From an archaeon (GTDB lineage: Archaea; Iainarchaeota; Iainarchaeia; Iainarchaeales; Iainarchaeaceae): a stretch of 32,085 nucleotides of DNA. Positions 1 through 8,883 of this stretch are shown here, piece after piece. Every line of letters starts with the position of its first letter. Positions within the stretch are counted from its first letter, which is position 1. The stretch is taken from assembly GCA_035289485.1 (NCBI GenBank), contig DATDXA010000022.1:1-32085 (forward strand), read 5' to 3'. The notes beneath the pieces are model-generated. The model was not told the DNA's origin. It made no database searches and saw only the letters and a list, made by a program, of their open reading frames with translations. The translations under genes were made by a program, and so were the position numbers.

Positions 1-1494
1 GGATGGGTTTACAATTACGGGCCAATGTATTACGGCTCGTACTTTTTGCCGCCTGGACAGGCAACACTTGTAGGGCAGCAATACCAGCCAAAGCAGGAAG
101 CAAAATGCACACAGCTCTCGCTCTCAACTGAAACGGTTTCAGTTAACGCTGGTGGAAAAGAGGAAGTTGTTTTCTACATAAACAATTTTTCCAGAATGGA
201 TCTTGACGTTGCAGATGTCACAATTTTCATTGATGGATTCGGAGCGGATGCTCGCAGCGTCAGATTTGATGATGTTGTAAAGAGCCATTCAAGAGCCAAA
301 GTGCAGTTTGAAGTGCAGGCAGATAGCGATGCCGAAGGCGATAGCTTCACAGGCACAGCAGAACTTTCAGGAACATTCCGCGACGGCACATACTGCGCGC
401 CTTCGGAAGTTTCAGATGATTTTACGGTGAACGTAAATGGAAATTCACAGGCGCAGATAACTTATGTTCCGCAAGTGACGCAGTCGAATGTGCAGGGAAG
501 CGTCTCATACCTGCAGGCAAAGGATTCGCAGCAGAATTGGAATGAGGTTGTGGATTATGGGACTAGCCCAAATTATGGCAATTCAAATACTCAGAACTAC
601 GTAAACAACAATTACAATTCACAGAGTTACGGCAGCACAAACCAGACTGTAACCACATATTACGGCGAAAAGCAGCTTCTCACACAGAGCTGCAGCGGTC
701 TTAGCATTGTTTCAAAGAGCGTCGTGGTAGATAGCGGAAACGGAAAAACCGTTTATTACACGCTCAAGAACTTCGCATCAGAAGATTTCAGAATAGATAG
801 CATGGAAGGGCTAGAGAGCAGCCCTGATTTTGAAATAGCAATGTCAATGGACAACGCACGGGCTTATGCAAACTCAGAAGCCGCGCTCAAGGCAAGGTTC
901 TCCGCTTCTGAAACCCCTTCGGGGCAGGATAGCACAGGGACTGCATACATAAAAGTTAGCGGGCATTATGGCTCAGGCATGCAGTGCGATGTCTTTTCGG
1001 ATAATTTTTATGTAAGGGTAAATGGAACCGACAATTCAAGCGCTGCGGATATTTCACTTGATTCTCCTGCGCAGCTTGGAATAGCAGGAACTTCGGGCTT
1101 TCTTACATTCGCGCTTGAGAACCCATCAAATGAGCAGGTTACAGTGACCGCGAGCTCGAATGATGCTAGCGTTTCACCTGCAAAATTCACATTCGCCGCA
1201 AAAACAGGCGGAACAAGAACGATTGCAATAAACGGCTTTAATGAAAAGGAAGGCAAGGTTTTCCTCACAGTTGAAGTGAACGGCTCACAAACACTTAAAA
1301 AGTATGTAAAGCTTGTGAGCAAGGGACCTGCACAGAACGCAACGCAAAATGCGGCAAATTCAAATGCGAATGCACAGGGGCTTGGAAGCATAATCTCAAC
1401 AGGATTTGCAGCGCTTGGCTCTAATGCTCTTGCGCTCGGGCTTGTGCTCCTAGTGCTCATGATTGGCTTTGCATATTACGCCACAAGGCAGTAA
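1..1494 (+). CDS. Putative cell-surface/S-layer-like protein with Ig-like repeats and a C-terminal membrane anchor (5'-partial)
   Basis: Frame is open from base 1 (GWVYNYGPM...). S/T/N/Q/V-rich, two similar beta-rich repeats each with a Cys pair, several N-x-S/T sequons, C-terminal hydrophobic helix ALALGLVLLVLMIGFAYY. Confidence 0.7.
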   Translation, partial: GWVYNYGPMYYGSYFLPPGQATLVGQQYQPKQEAKCTQLSLSTETVSVNAGGKEEVVFYINNFSRMDLDVADVTIFIDGFGADARSVRFDDVVKSHSRAKVQFEVQADSDAEGDSFTGTAELSGTFRDGTYCAPSEVSDDFTVNVNGNSQAQITYVPQVTQSNVQGSVSYLQAKDSQQNWNEVVDYGTSPNYGNSNTQNYVNNNYNSQSYGSTNQTVTTYYGEKQLLTQSCSGLSIVSKSVVVDSGNGKTVYYTLKNFASEDFRIDSMEGLESSPDFEIAMSMDNARAYANSEAALKARFSASETPSGQDSTGTAYIKVSGHYGSGMQCDVFSDNFYVRVNGTDNSSAADISLDSPAQLGIAGTSGFLTFALENPSNEQVTVTASSNDASVSPAKFTFAAKTGGTRTIAINGFNEKEGKVFLTVEVNGSQTLKKYVKLVSKGPAQNATQNAANSNANAQGLGSIISTGFAALGSNALALGLVLLVLMIGFAYYATRQ

Positions 1495-1540
1495 ATACGG
1501 CAAACAGGCGCAAATGGGGGAATTGGCAAATCAGCCAACA

Positions 1541-1556
1541 CAACCTTTTTAAAGCC
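1541..1556 (+). promoter_or_regulatory. Putative archaeal TATA-box promoter of the ribosomal superoperon
   Basis: caaccTTTTTAAAgcc; a near-identical motif lies upstream of rpl7ae (26403-26418). Confidence 0.45.
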
Positions 1557-1619
1557 TCTTCAGAAAGTATAGGTAAGCCTCTTTTCGGTTGTAAGAAGCG
1601 TTGGCCTTTTCTTTTTCGT

Positions 1620-1656
1620 CAACGTTTTTCTTTTCGGCACGAAAAGAAAAAGGTTG
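1620..1656. repeat. Inverted repeat/hairpin in the uL3 leader
   Basis: Perfect 12-bp stem tttttcttttcg (1625-1636) / cgaaaagaaaaa (1640-1651), GCA loop, extended by caac/gttg after one mismatch. Confidence 0.75.
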
Positions 1657-1804
1657 GGTGTAAACTGTATTCATGGTAAATCTTCCATGGATATAAATGC
1701 ACAAAAATAGCTCATTTTGAGTTTTTTTGGCATTACAAGTACCTTCCGTGTGGTGAGCATGGCTTAGGGAAAGTACACTTTTTTAGGAATTGGAAGTTGA
1801 TTCA

Positions 1805-2818
1805 ATGGGTGCACATAAGCCGCGTTCAGGTTCGCTTGCATATTACCCTAAAGTTAGGGCAAAGAGCCAGAAGGCCGTATTCCACACTTTTCCAAAACCT
1901 GATTCTAAGGAAACCAAGGCAATTAATTTTTACGGCTACAAGGCCGGAATGGTTCACATTTTTGGAAAGAACGCGCATGACAAGAGCTTGGCATTTGGAC
2001 AGGAAACAATGATACCTTCCACTGTAATTGAATGCCCGCCTCTGAAAGTGATTGGCGTTCGCGTTTATGGAAAAACGCATTATGGCTTCAAGGTGCTTGG
2101 CGAAGCAACCATTGAAAAGCCTGGCAACTACCTAAGAGAGAGAATTGTTTCATTTAAGAAAAAGGGCAAAAAGAAAAAAGAGGAAAAAAAGTATACTGCT
2201 TTTGAAGATATTGAAAAACTAAAGGACAATACCGCGGAAGTTGTACTAATTTGCGAAGCGCAGCCTTCGCTTACTGGAATCGGAAAGAAGAAGGCCGATG
2301 TTGCAGAAGTTAGCCTCTCTGGAAGCGTTGAGCAGCAGCTTGCATTTGCAAAAGAAAAATTCGGAAAGGAACTGCGGGTTTCAGAAGTTTTTGCCCAGCA
2401 GCAGTTCGTTGATGTTAAAGCAGTTGACAAGGGAAAAGGATTCCAAGGTGTTGTAAAAAGGGCCGGAGTAAAAGTTCACAGGCCCAAATCAAAAAGGCAC
2501 AGGTATGTTGGTTCAATAGGCCCATGGCACCCGGCAACAGTAATGTGGACAGTAGCTAGGCCGGGACAGCTTGGATATCAGACAAGAACCGAGTACAACA
2601 AAAGAGTGCTTGTAATTGATAGCAATGCGGCGGCGGTAAATCCTCCGGCAGGATTTAACAATTACGGAACAGTAAAAAATGAATTCATCGTGCTCACTGG
2701 TTCAGTTCCGGGCCCGGCAAAAAGAATTGTTACAATTAGGCACGCTGTAAGGGTGCATAATGTGAACCTTGCAAAGTACACTGATTTGAAGCTTCCACAG
2801 GCGGTGGCTGCGAAATGA
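1805..2818 (+). CDS. rpl3: 50S ribosomal protein uL3
   Basis: HKPRSGSLAYYP, GYKAGM, KGKGFQGVVKR, GQLGYQTRTEYNKR; ATG at 1805. Confidence 0.98.
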   Translation: MGAHKPRSGSLAYYPKVRAKSQKAVFHTFPKPDSKETKAINFYGYKAGMVHIFGKNAHDKSLAFGQETMIPSTVIECPPLKVIGVRVYGKTHYGFKVLGEATIEKPGNYLRERIVSFKKKGKKKKEEKKYTAFEDIEKLKDNTAEVVLICEAQPSLTGIGKKKADVAEVSLSGSVEQQLAFAKEKFGKELRVSEVFAQQQFVDVKAVDKGKGFQGVVKRAGVKVHRPKSKRHRYVGSIGPWHPATVMWTVARPGQLGYQTRTEYNKRVLVIDSNAAAVNPPAGFNNYGTVKNEFIVLTGSVPGPAKRIVTIRHAVRVHNVNLAKYTDLKLPQAVAAK

Positions 2819-3666
2819 AAGCGCACATTGTTTCAATTGAAGGAAAAAAGCTCTCAGAGCTCGAACTTCCAAGGCAGTTCTCAGCAGATATAGATGAGGG
2901 GCTAATTAAGAGGGCTGTTCTTGCAATCCAGAGCGCGGGGGTTCAGCTAAAATACCCAACTCCGCTCGCGGGCAGAAACAACACGGCAATTTATGTCGGT
3001 TCAAGAGGCAAGCCAACGCAGTACAGAACGATTAATGTCGGGCACGCAAGAAAGCCGCGCATGAAAAACCGCAGGGGGCTTCTCTACGGGCGCGTTGCGG
3101 GAATTCCGGCAACAGTTGGGGGGCCAAAAGCGCACCCGCCAAAGCCAACCAAAGTTTGGGAAGAGAAAATCAACAAGAAGGAAAAGAGAAAGGCAACGGA
3201 TTCGGCAATCGCAGCAACCGGAAAAATGGAGCTTGTAAAGAGGAGAGGGCATATTTTCTCGGATAAAATTTCATTTCCAATTATTGTTGAATCAAAGCTT
3301 GAAGGCATGAGCAAAACTAAAAATGTCACAGAGGCATTTGAAGCAATGGGAATAATTTCTGATGTTGAAAAGGCAAAGAACAAGAGGCAGATTAGGGCAG
3401 GAAAAGGAAAGAAAAGGGGAAGAAAGCACAAGAGCAGAAAAAGCATACTCGTGGTTGCAAAAGATTCTGGAAAAATATTTCTCGCGGCGCGAAACATTGA
3501 GGGAGTTGACGTTGTGAGCGTGCGCGAGTTGAATGCGGATATGCTCGCTCCGGGAGCGCTTCCGGGAAGGCTTACAGTGTGGACTGAGGATGCGATTAAA
3601 GAACTTGGAGCGGAGAAAAAAGAAAAGCCGGTTGTGAAAGCGGCAGTGAAGGCAGAGGCAAAGTGA
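2815..3666 (+). CDS. rpl4: 50S ribosomal protein uL4
   Basis: GGPKAHPPK, EKINKKEKRKA, RAGKGKKRGR, LAPGALPGRLTVWTE. Confidence 0.98.
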   Translation: MKAHIVSIEGKKLSELELPRQFSADIDEGLIKRAVLAIQSAGVQLKYPTPLAGRNNTAIYVGSRGKPTQYRTINVGHARKPRMKNRRGLLYGRVAGIPATVGGPKAHPPKPTKVWEEKINKKEKRKATDSAIAATGKMELVKRRGHIFSDKISFPIIVESKLEGMSKTKNVTEAFEAMGIISDVEKAKNKRQIRAGKGKKRGRKHKSRKSILVVAKDSGKIFLAARNIEGVDVVSVRELNADMLAPGALPGRLTVWTEDAIKELGAEKKEKPVVKAAVKAEAK

Positions 3667-3679
3667 AGGATTTGATGTT

Positions 3680-3838
3680 ATGAAAATTGAAGCGCCAAAA
3701 AAGCCGAACAAGGAAGCGGCAAAGTGGGAAGAGCACATGAACAAAAAAACCCACACACAGGCCAAAGGCCCCGAAGCGGAAATAACGCACGCAAAAAAGA
3801 AGCAGAGCGTGGCGCCATCTAAAGGAAAAGTTGAAGTT
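3680..3838 (+). repeat. Direct repeat copy 1 (N-terminal module shared by uL23 and eL32)
   Basis: Aligns without gaps to 11261-11419; 45/53 aa identical. Confidence 0.95.
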
Positions 3839-4279
3839 GTTTCACATAAGGAAAAGGCAGTTGCAAAAGAGGTTGCGAAAGCTGCGCAGAAACATGATAT
3901 GAAAAAGGCTGCGCCGGTTGCAAAAAAGGAAGAGCACAAGCCAGTGAAGGCGGAAAAAGCAAAGAACGAGAAGAGCGGAGTTTCTGCGATTGCAAGAGAA
4001 GTTAGCGTTGAGGAAAAATTGGATGATTTGAATATTTTAAAGCACCCGCTTGTAACGGAAAAGGCAGTGAACATGATTGAGGACGAGAACAAGCTCACAT
4101 TTGTTGTTGACAAGAACGCTACCAAACCGACAATTAAGGGCGCGGTTGAATCGCTCTACAAGGTCCGTGTTAAGAAGGTTAGTATCCTCAACGACATGAA
4201 GGCAAGAAAGAGGGCAATAGTTACGCTCAATAAGGAATTCAAGGCAAGCGACATTGCAACCAAATTGGGAGTAATATAA
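3680..4279 (+). CDS. rpl23: 50S ribosomal protein uL23 with a ~115-aa N-terminal extension
   Basis: C-terminal ILKHPLVTEKAVNMIEDENKLTFVVD...ASDIATKLGVI is the uL23 core; lies between uL4 and uL2. Confidence 0.96.
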   Translation: MKIEAPKKPNKEAAKWEEHMNKKTHTQAKGPEAEITHAKKKQSVAPSKGKVEVVSHKEKAVAKEVAKAAQKHDMKKAAPVAKKEEHKPVKAEKAKNEKSGVSAIAREVSVEEKLDDLNILKHPLVTEKAVNMIEDENKLTFVVDKNATKPTIKGAVESLYKVRVKKVSILNDMKARKRAIVTLNKEFKASDIATKLGVI

Positions 4280-4292
4280 TTTAGGTGTGAAA

Positions 4293-5015
4293 ATGGGAAA
4301 ACGACTTAAAACCCAGCGAAGAGGTGCGGGCAGCCCAATATACACAGCAACGCTTAGGGCAAATGTTGAGGCAAAATACATCAACTACCCAAGCATCACA
4401 GACGGCACGATATTTGGCGAGATTGTGGATTTTATCCATGACGCAAGCAAGAGCGGAGTTGTTTCAAAAATAGTTTATGATAATGGAAAAGAAGAGTTCT
4501 CAATTGCAGCAGAAGGAACATTCGCAGGCCAGAGAATACAGCACGGAAAAGATGCGCCGCTTGAAATTGGAAATGTGAAAACACTCGGAAGCTGCATCGA
4601 AGGCTGCCCGATTTTTAATATAGAAAAGAACGCGGGAGATGGCGGAAGCCTTGTACGAAGCTCTGGAATGTACGCGCTTGTAATGTCAAAGGACAAAAAT
4701 TACGTTTATGTGAAAATGCCTTCAGGAAAAATCGTCGGGCTTGTGGCCGAATGCAGGGCAACAATAGGCTGCGTTGGCGGCGGCGGAAGAAAGGACAAGC
4801 CCTTTGTGAAAGCCGGCAAGAGATGGCATGCAATGAGAGCAAAGCACAAGAAGTACCCATACCCAAGGGCAGTTGCAATGAATGCACTTAACCACCCGTT
4901 CGGCGGAGCAAACCACCATCCGGGCAAATCAAAGTCCACTTCAAGGCACGCAGCTCCGGGAAGAAAGGTCGGAGACATTGCTTCAAGAAGGACAGGAAGA
5001 AGGAAGAAGAGCTAA
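4293..5015 (+). CDS. rpl2: 50S ribosomal protein uL2
   Basis: MGKRLKTQRRGAGSP, RAVAMNALNHPFGG, APGRKVGDIASRRTG; SD-like aggtg upstream. Confidence 0.98.
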   Translation: MGKRLKTQRRGAGSPIYTATLRANVEAKYINYPSITDGTIFGEIVDFIHDASKSGVVSKIVYDNGKEEFSIAAEGTFAGQRIQHGKDAPLEIGNVKTLGSCIEGCPIFNIEKNAGDGGSLVRSSGMYALVMSKDKNYVYVKMPSGKIVGLVAECRATIGCVGGGGRKDKPFVKAGKRWHAMRAKHKKYPYPRAVAMNALNHPFGGANHHPGKSKSTSRHAAPGRKVGDIASRRTGRRKKS

Positions 5016-5027
5016 ACAGGTGTAACT

Positions 5028-5438
5028 ATGGCAAAAAAAGACTTCACATTCAGGGGAAAACAAATCGAGGAGCTTGAGGCTGTCTCAATTGAGGAGTTCT
5101 CAAAGCTTTGCACATCAAGGCCGAGAAGGTCGATTAAAAGGCACAGTGTTGAGATGAAAAAACTCCTCGTGAACGTGAAGAAGGCGGCAGATGCCCTTAA
5201 GGCCGGAAAGTTTCCAAAGCCGGTTAGAACGCATAACAGGGACATGGTTGTTGTTCCGCAAATGCTCTCAGTTACAATGGCAGTGCACAACGGCAAGGAG
5301 TTTGTGAACGTTGAGATTAAGGAAAAGATGCTTGGGCATTTCCTGGGCGAATATGTGCTCACAAGAAAGAAGCTCACGCACGGAAAGGCGGGAATAGGAG
5401 CGACAAGAAGCTCTACTGCGATAACGGCAAGAGGATAA
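5028..5438 (+). CDS. rps19: 30S ribosomal protein uS19
   Basis: FTFRGK, VRTHNRDMVVVPQM, HNGKEF, MLGHFLGEY, GIGATRSS. Confidence 0.98.
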   Translation: MAKKDFTFRGKQIEELEAVSIEEFSKLCTSRPRRSIKRHSVEMKKLLVNVKKAADALKAGKFPKPVRTHNRDMVVVPQMLSVTMAVHNGKEFVNVEIKEKMLGHFLGEYVLTRKKLTHGKAGIGATRSSTAITARG

Positions 5439-5442
5439 AAAA

Positions 5443-5910
5443 ATGGTCAAGAAAAACTACCAGGTTGGCGCGGCTTCCGCAAAGATAGCGAAAGCCATGA
5501 TGACGAATAAGCCGGTTTCGCTAAAGTACAGCGTGGAAATTATTTCAAACATCAAAGGGCAGAGGGTTGAGAAGGCTCTTGCATGGCTTGGAAGGATTGC
5601 AAGCATGAAAGATTTCCTGCCGCTTAGAATGTACAACAAGAAAGTCGGGCACAGAAAAGGGGAGGCGCAGCACTTTAGCAAAAGCGGAAGATACCCGATA
5701 AGGTGCGTGAACGCATTCATAGAGCTTTTGAACACGGTGAAGGCAAACGCGGATTACAAGGGGCTTGATTCGGAGAACCTTCTGATAACGCACATGTTCG
5801 CTTCGCAGGGTTTTTCAAGAATGTCATACCAGTCGCAGGGAAGAATTTCGGGAAAAGCAAGAAAATCCAAGTCCACGCACATTGAAGTTATTGTAAGGGA
5901 GGCAAGGTAA
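5443..5910 (+). CDS. rpl22: 50S ribosomal protein uL22
   Basis: VSLKYSVEI, KKVGHRKG, GRYP, NADYKGLD, THIEVIV. Confidence 0.97.
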   Translation: MVKKNYQVGAASAKIAKAMMTNKPVSLKYSVEIISNIKGQRVEKALAWLGRIASMKDFLPLRMYNKKVGHRKGEAQHFSKSGRYPIRCVNAFIELLNTVKANADYKGLDSENLLITHMFASQGFSRMSYQSQGRISGKARKSKSTHIEVIVREAR

Positions 5911-6765
5911 ATGATTGAAAAATATTTTGTCAAGCAGAGCCTCAACAAGGTTGAACTTGATAATTATCTTGCAAAAGAACTGGACAAGGCGGGATTTACA
6001 AAATCCGAGATAGTAAAAACTCCGCTCGTTACAAGAATTGTTGTTAATGTCACAAGGCCCGGGCTTGCAATAGGAAAAAGCGGAACGAACATAGCAATGC
6101 TCACAGAAACAATCGGAAAGAGATTTGGAATTGATAACCCGCAGCTTGAGATTAAGGAAATTGAAAGGCCAGAACTTGATGCGCAGGCGGTTGCAAACAG
6201 GTTCAAGGCGGTAATTGAAAGGGGATTTTCTTGGAGAAGCGTCATTTTCAAAGGCCTCAATGACATACTGCGCGCGGGAGCGCAGGGTGCTGAAATAGTT
6301 GTGAGCGGAAAGCTTGCAGGAAAGGGCGGAAGAAAAAAGCAGGTAAGGGTAGGTTCAGGTTATATGAAAAAGGTTGGTGAACAGGCAAGGCTTGTTGATT
6401 ATGGGCAGGCAGCGGCGTACCCAAAAGTCGGAGCGATTGGAATCAAAGTGAAGATTGTAAAGCCGGACACAATATTCCCGGACAAGGAAAGGATACAGCC
6501 ATACATCAAGAAGAAGGAAGATGCGGCTGCGAAAGGAGTAGCTGCGCAGAAAGCAGAAGAAGCAAAAGCTGCGGCGCCTGAAGCTGAAAAGGCAGAAGAA
6601 GTGAAAGCCGAAGTTGCAAAAGATGAAGCTGCAAAGCCTGAGATAAAGAAAGAAACTCCTGCAGCAAAAAAAGAGCACAAGGCGGAGAAGAAAGAGCACG
6701 CTGAAAAGAAAGTTGATGTTGTGAAAGATGAGAAGACAGCGGCTAAAGTCGAGGAAGGAAAGTGA
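5911..6765 (+). CDS. rps3: 30S ribosomal protein uS3 with an A/E/K-rich C-terminal extension
   Basis: KH-domain RPGLAIGKSG, GAQGAEIVVSGKL, GAIGIKVKI. Confidence 0.97.
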   Translation: MIEKYFVKQSLNKVELDNYLAKELDKAGFTKSEIVKTPLVTRIVVNVTRPGLAIGKSGTNIAMLTETIGKRFGIDNPQLEIKEIERPELDAQAVANRFKAVIERGFSWRSVIFKGLNDILRAGAQGAEIVVSGKLAGKGGRKKQVRVGSGYMKKVGEQARLVDYGQAAAYPKVGAIGIKVKIVKPDTIFPDKERIQPYIKKKEDAAAKGVAAQKAEEAKAAAPEAEKAEEVKAEVAKDEAAKPEIKKETPAAKKEHKAEKKEHAEKKVDVVKDEKTAAKVEEGK

Positions 6766-6770
6766 AGATT

Positions 6771-6980
6771 ATGGGAAAGAAACTTGCAGCGTTGCGGGAC
6801 AATTCAACCGAGGAGCTTGAATCAAAGCTCCTTGATTTGAAAGGCGAACTCTCAAAGGAGAAGGCGCTTGTGGCATCCGGAACAAGAGCTGAGAAGCCTT
6901 CAAAAATCCGCAATGCGCGCAGGCAGATTGCAAGAATACTTACAATTATAGGGCAGAAAAAAAGAGGGGTGAAGAGCTAA
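6771..6980 (+). CDS. rpl29: 50S ribosomal protein uL29 (alternative GTG start at 6762)
   Basis: LRDNSTEELESKLLDLKGEL...KIRNARRQIARILTI; expected synteny. Confidence 0.95.
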   Translation: MGKKLAALRDNSTEELESKLLDLKGELSKEKALVASGTRAEKPSKIRNARRQIARILTIIGQKKRGVKS

Positions 6981-6982
6981 CA

Positions 6983-7285
6983 ATGGCAGAAATAGACAAA
7001 ATCACAGGCCTTCCAAAAGATCTTCTCGAATTCGGGGACATCACAAAGGAGTCGCAGAAAATCAAGGTGCGAACCCTTGCAAGAAGGTTTGGAAAAATTG
7101 TCACCATTGTAAGCGGCTTGGAGAACGAAGGAGAGGCAAAAAAACTTGAAAAGGAAATGAAGAGAAAACTTGCGTGCGGAGGGACCACAAAGGGCAAAGA
7201 AATTGTCCTGCAGGGAAAACATTCCGAGGCCGTGAAGGAAATTCTCAAGAAGAACGGATACAGGGAGGAATTGATTGATGCTTAA
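6983..7285 (+). CDS. sui1: Translation initiation factor aIF1/SUI1
   Basis: RRFGKIVTIVSG, KRKLACGGT, IVLQGKH; expected synteny. Confidence 0.95.
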   Translation: MAEIDKITGLPKDLLEFGDITKESQKIKVRTLARRFGKIVTIVSGLENEGEAKKLEKEMKRKLACGGTTKGKEIVLQGKHSEAVKEILKKNGYREELIDA

Positions 7286-7580
7286 ATCGGAAAAATACTG
7301 CATTACGCAAGCAAACATAATGGCGCATGAAATGATAGGCCTAAATGTTCGCGTTTTGCAAAGCACCGATAAGAGCAGAATGGGAGCTTCAGGAAAAGTT
7401 ATTGATGAGACAAAAAATGTTTTTGTGATTGAAAGCAATGGCGCTCAAATGATTTTGCCAAAAGCGGAATGCGGTTTTGAGTTTGATTTGAACGGGGAAA
7501 AAGTTATGGTTGATGGAAAAAAAATCGGTTACAGGCCTGAGCTTAGAATCAAGGCCCTTTGGAGGAATTTAAATGGCTGA
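7278..7580 (+). CDS. rnp1: Ribonuclease P protein component 1 (Rpp29/Pop4)
   Basis: HEMIGLNVRV, GKVIDETKN, RPELRIK; lies between SUI1 and uS17. Confidence 0.93.
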   Translation: MLKSEKYCITQANIMAHEMIGLNVRVLQSTDKSRMGASGKVIDETKNVFVIESNGAQMILPKAECGFEFDLNGEKVMVDGKKIGYRPELRIKALWRNLNG

Positions 7581-8064
7581 AAAAGTTCACAGCGATGAAG
7601 CTAAGGCAGTTCCATCGAGCCAGCAGGCGAAGATGGAACGCTCTCTCCCGACCGAAGGTGCCAAGCATGGCAAGAGCAGTTCGGGGGCTGAAAAAGTTCA
7701 CGGCAATGAAGCGCACGCAAAGGAAGCCCACAACAAAACGGCACATGGGAAGGAAACACCTGATGGAAAGGCAGTGGCAATGAAGCTTGTAACGCCCGAA
7801 GGATTTAGTGTCCGCGGCGCGGTACTTACAGGGCTTGTTGTGAGCGCAAAGGCGCCCAAAACCGTGACGGTTGAGAGAATAATCACAAAATACGTGCCAA
7901 AGTACGAGAGATACAAGAAAATAAAGTCAAGGGTAAAGGCGCACAACCCGGAGAGCCTAAACGCAAAGGAAGGCGACATGGTTCTTATTGGAGAGACAAG
8001 AAAACTTAGCAAGACAAAGAATTTTGTTGTAATGCAGATAATGAAAAGGGCTGGAAGCACATGA
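7573..8064 (+). CDS. rps17: 30S ribosomal protein uS17 with a ~70-aa N-terminal extension
   Basis: SVRGAVLTGLVVSAKAPKTVTV, YVPKYERY, AHNP, GETRKLSKTKNFVV. Confidence 0.96.
   Translation: MAEKVHSDEAKAVPSSQQAKMERSLPTEGAKHGKSSSGAEKVHGNEAHAKEAHNKTAHGKETPDGKAVAMKLVTPEGFSVRGAVLTGLVVSAKAPKTVTVERIITKYVPKYERYKKIKSRVKAHNPESLNAKEGDMVLIGETRKLSKTKNFVVMQIMKRAGST
7576..7712 (+). repeat. Pair of 26-nt direct repeats (AEKVHxxEA) in the uS17 extension
   Basis: gctgaaaaagttcacagcgatgaagc (7576-7601) vs gctgaaaaagttcacggcaatgaagc (7687-7712); 24/26 identical. Confidence 0.9.
7609..7639. repeat. Palindromic element, copy inside the uS17 coding sequence
   Basis: gttccatc-GA-gcc-agca-ggc-GAA-gatggaac; the same stem occurs at 27387-27420. 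Confidence 0.85.
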
Positions 8065-8459
8065 AGGGAATAAACGCGTCAATTTTGAGGGGCTTAACGC
8101 ATGGCACCATATGCGTCTGCGCAGACAACTCTGGCGCAAAAGAAGTGAAAATTATCACGGTTTACCGCTACAAGGGAAGGCGAAGGACAAACCCGAAGGG
8201 CGGAATTGCCGACATGGTAAATGTTGTTGTAAAGAAGGGAAAGCCGGAGATTAGAAAAAAAGTTGAGAAGGCGGTTGTAATCAGGGTACGCAAGGAATAC
8301 AAAAGGCCTGATGGGACGCGCATAAAGTTTGAGGACAACGCGGTTGTTTTGGTTGATGAAAAAGGGCTTCCGAAAGGCTCGGAAGTTAAGGGAGTAGTTG
8401 CAAAAGAAGTTGGCGAGAGATTTCCAAAAATAGCGGGAATCAGCGCCGGAGTTGTTTAG
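8061..8459 (+). CDS. rpl14: 50S ribosomal protein uL14
   Basis: CADNSGAKE, VVKKGKPEIRK, IKFEDNAVV. Confidence 0.98.
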   Translation: MKGINASILRGLTHGTICVCADNSGAKEVKIITVYRYKGRRRTNPKGGIADMVNVVVKKGKPEIRKKVEKAVVIRVRKEYKRPDGTRIKFEDNAVVLVDEKGLPKGSEVKGVVAKEVGERFPKIAGISAGVV

Positions 8460-8481
8460 AGGAAAAAAGGATTTGATGATT

Positions 8482-8883
8482 ATGGCAGAAAACACAATCG
8501 GGTCAATGGCAAGTTCGCAGCCAAAAAAGCAGAGGAAATGGTACTACACCAAGCCTTTGCACTCTTCATACAAGGAGTTCTCGGTGCACCTAAGTAAGGA
8601 GCTTCGCAAGGACCTTGGAAGAAGAAGCCTTGAAGTTCGCAAGGGCGACACTGTAAAGGTTCTAAGGGGCGGAGAGAAGGTGAACGGAAAGCAGGGAAAG
8701 GTTACTGGAATTACAAGGGCAAAGCGCATGGTTTTTGTTGACGGAGTTGTTAGAAAGAAAGTTGACGGAACAGAAAAACCAGTTCCACTAAGGCCTAGCA
8801 ATCTGCTCCTTGTTGCAATTGAGGATAAGGATGAGAGAAGGCTTTCAAAAAAAGGGAAGAAGGTGAAGCAAGATGGCAAATAG
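8482..8883 (+). CDS. rpl24: 50S ribosomal protein uL24 (start uncertain: 8476, 8482 or 8506)
   Basis: SSQPKKQRK, LSKELRK, KOW motif VRKGDTVKVLRG, PSNLL. Confidence 0.96.
   Translation: MAENTIGSMASSQPKKQRKWYYTKPLHSSYKEFSVHLSKELRKDLGRRSLEVRKGDTVKVLRGGEKVNGKQGKVTGITRAKRMVFVDGVVRKKVDGTEKPVPLRPSNLLLVAIEDKDERRLSKKGKKVKQDGK

Noticed and set aside
3292..4125. 277-aa minus-strand ORF similar to minus-strand ORF 11209-11505
   Set aside because: The similarity is only the antisense of the uL23/eL32 shared module.
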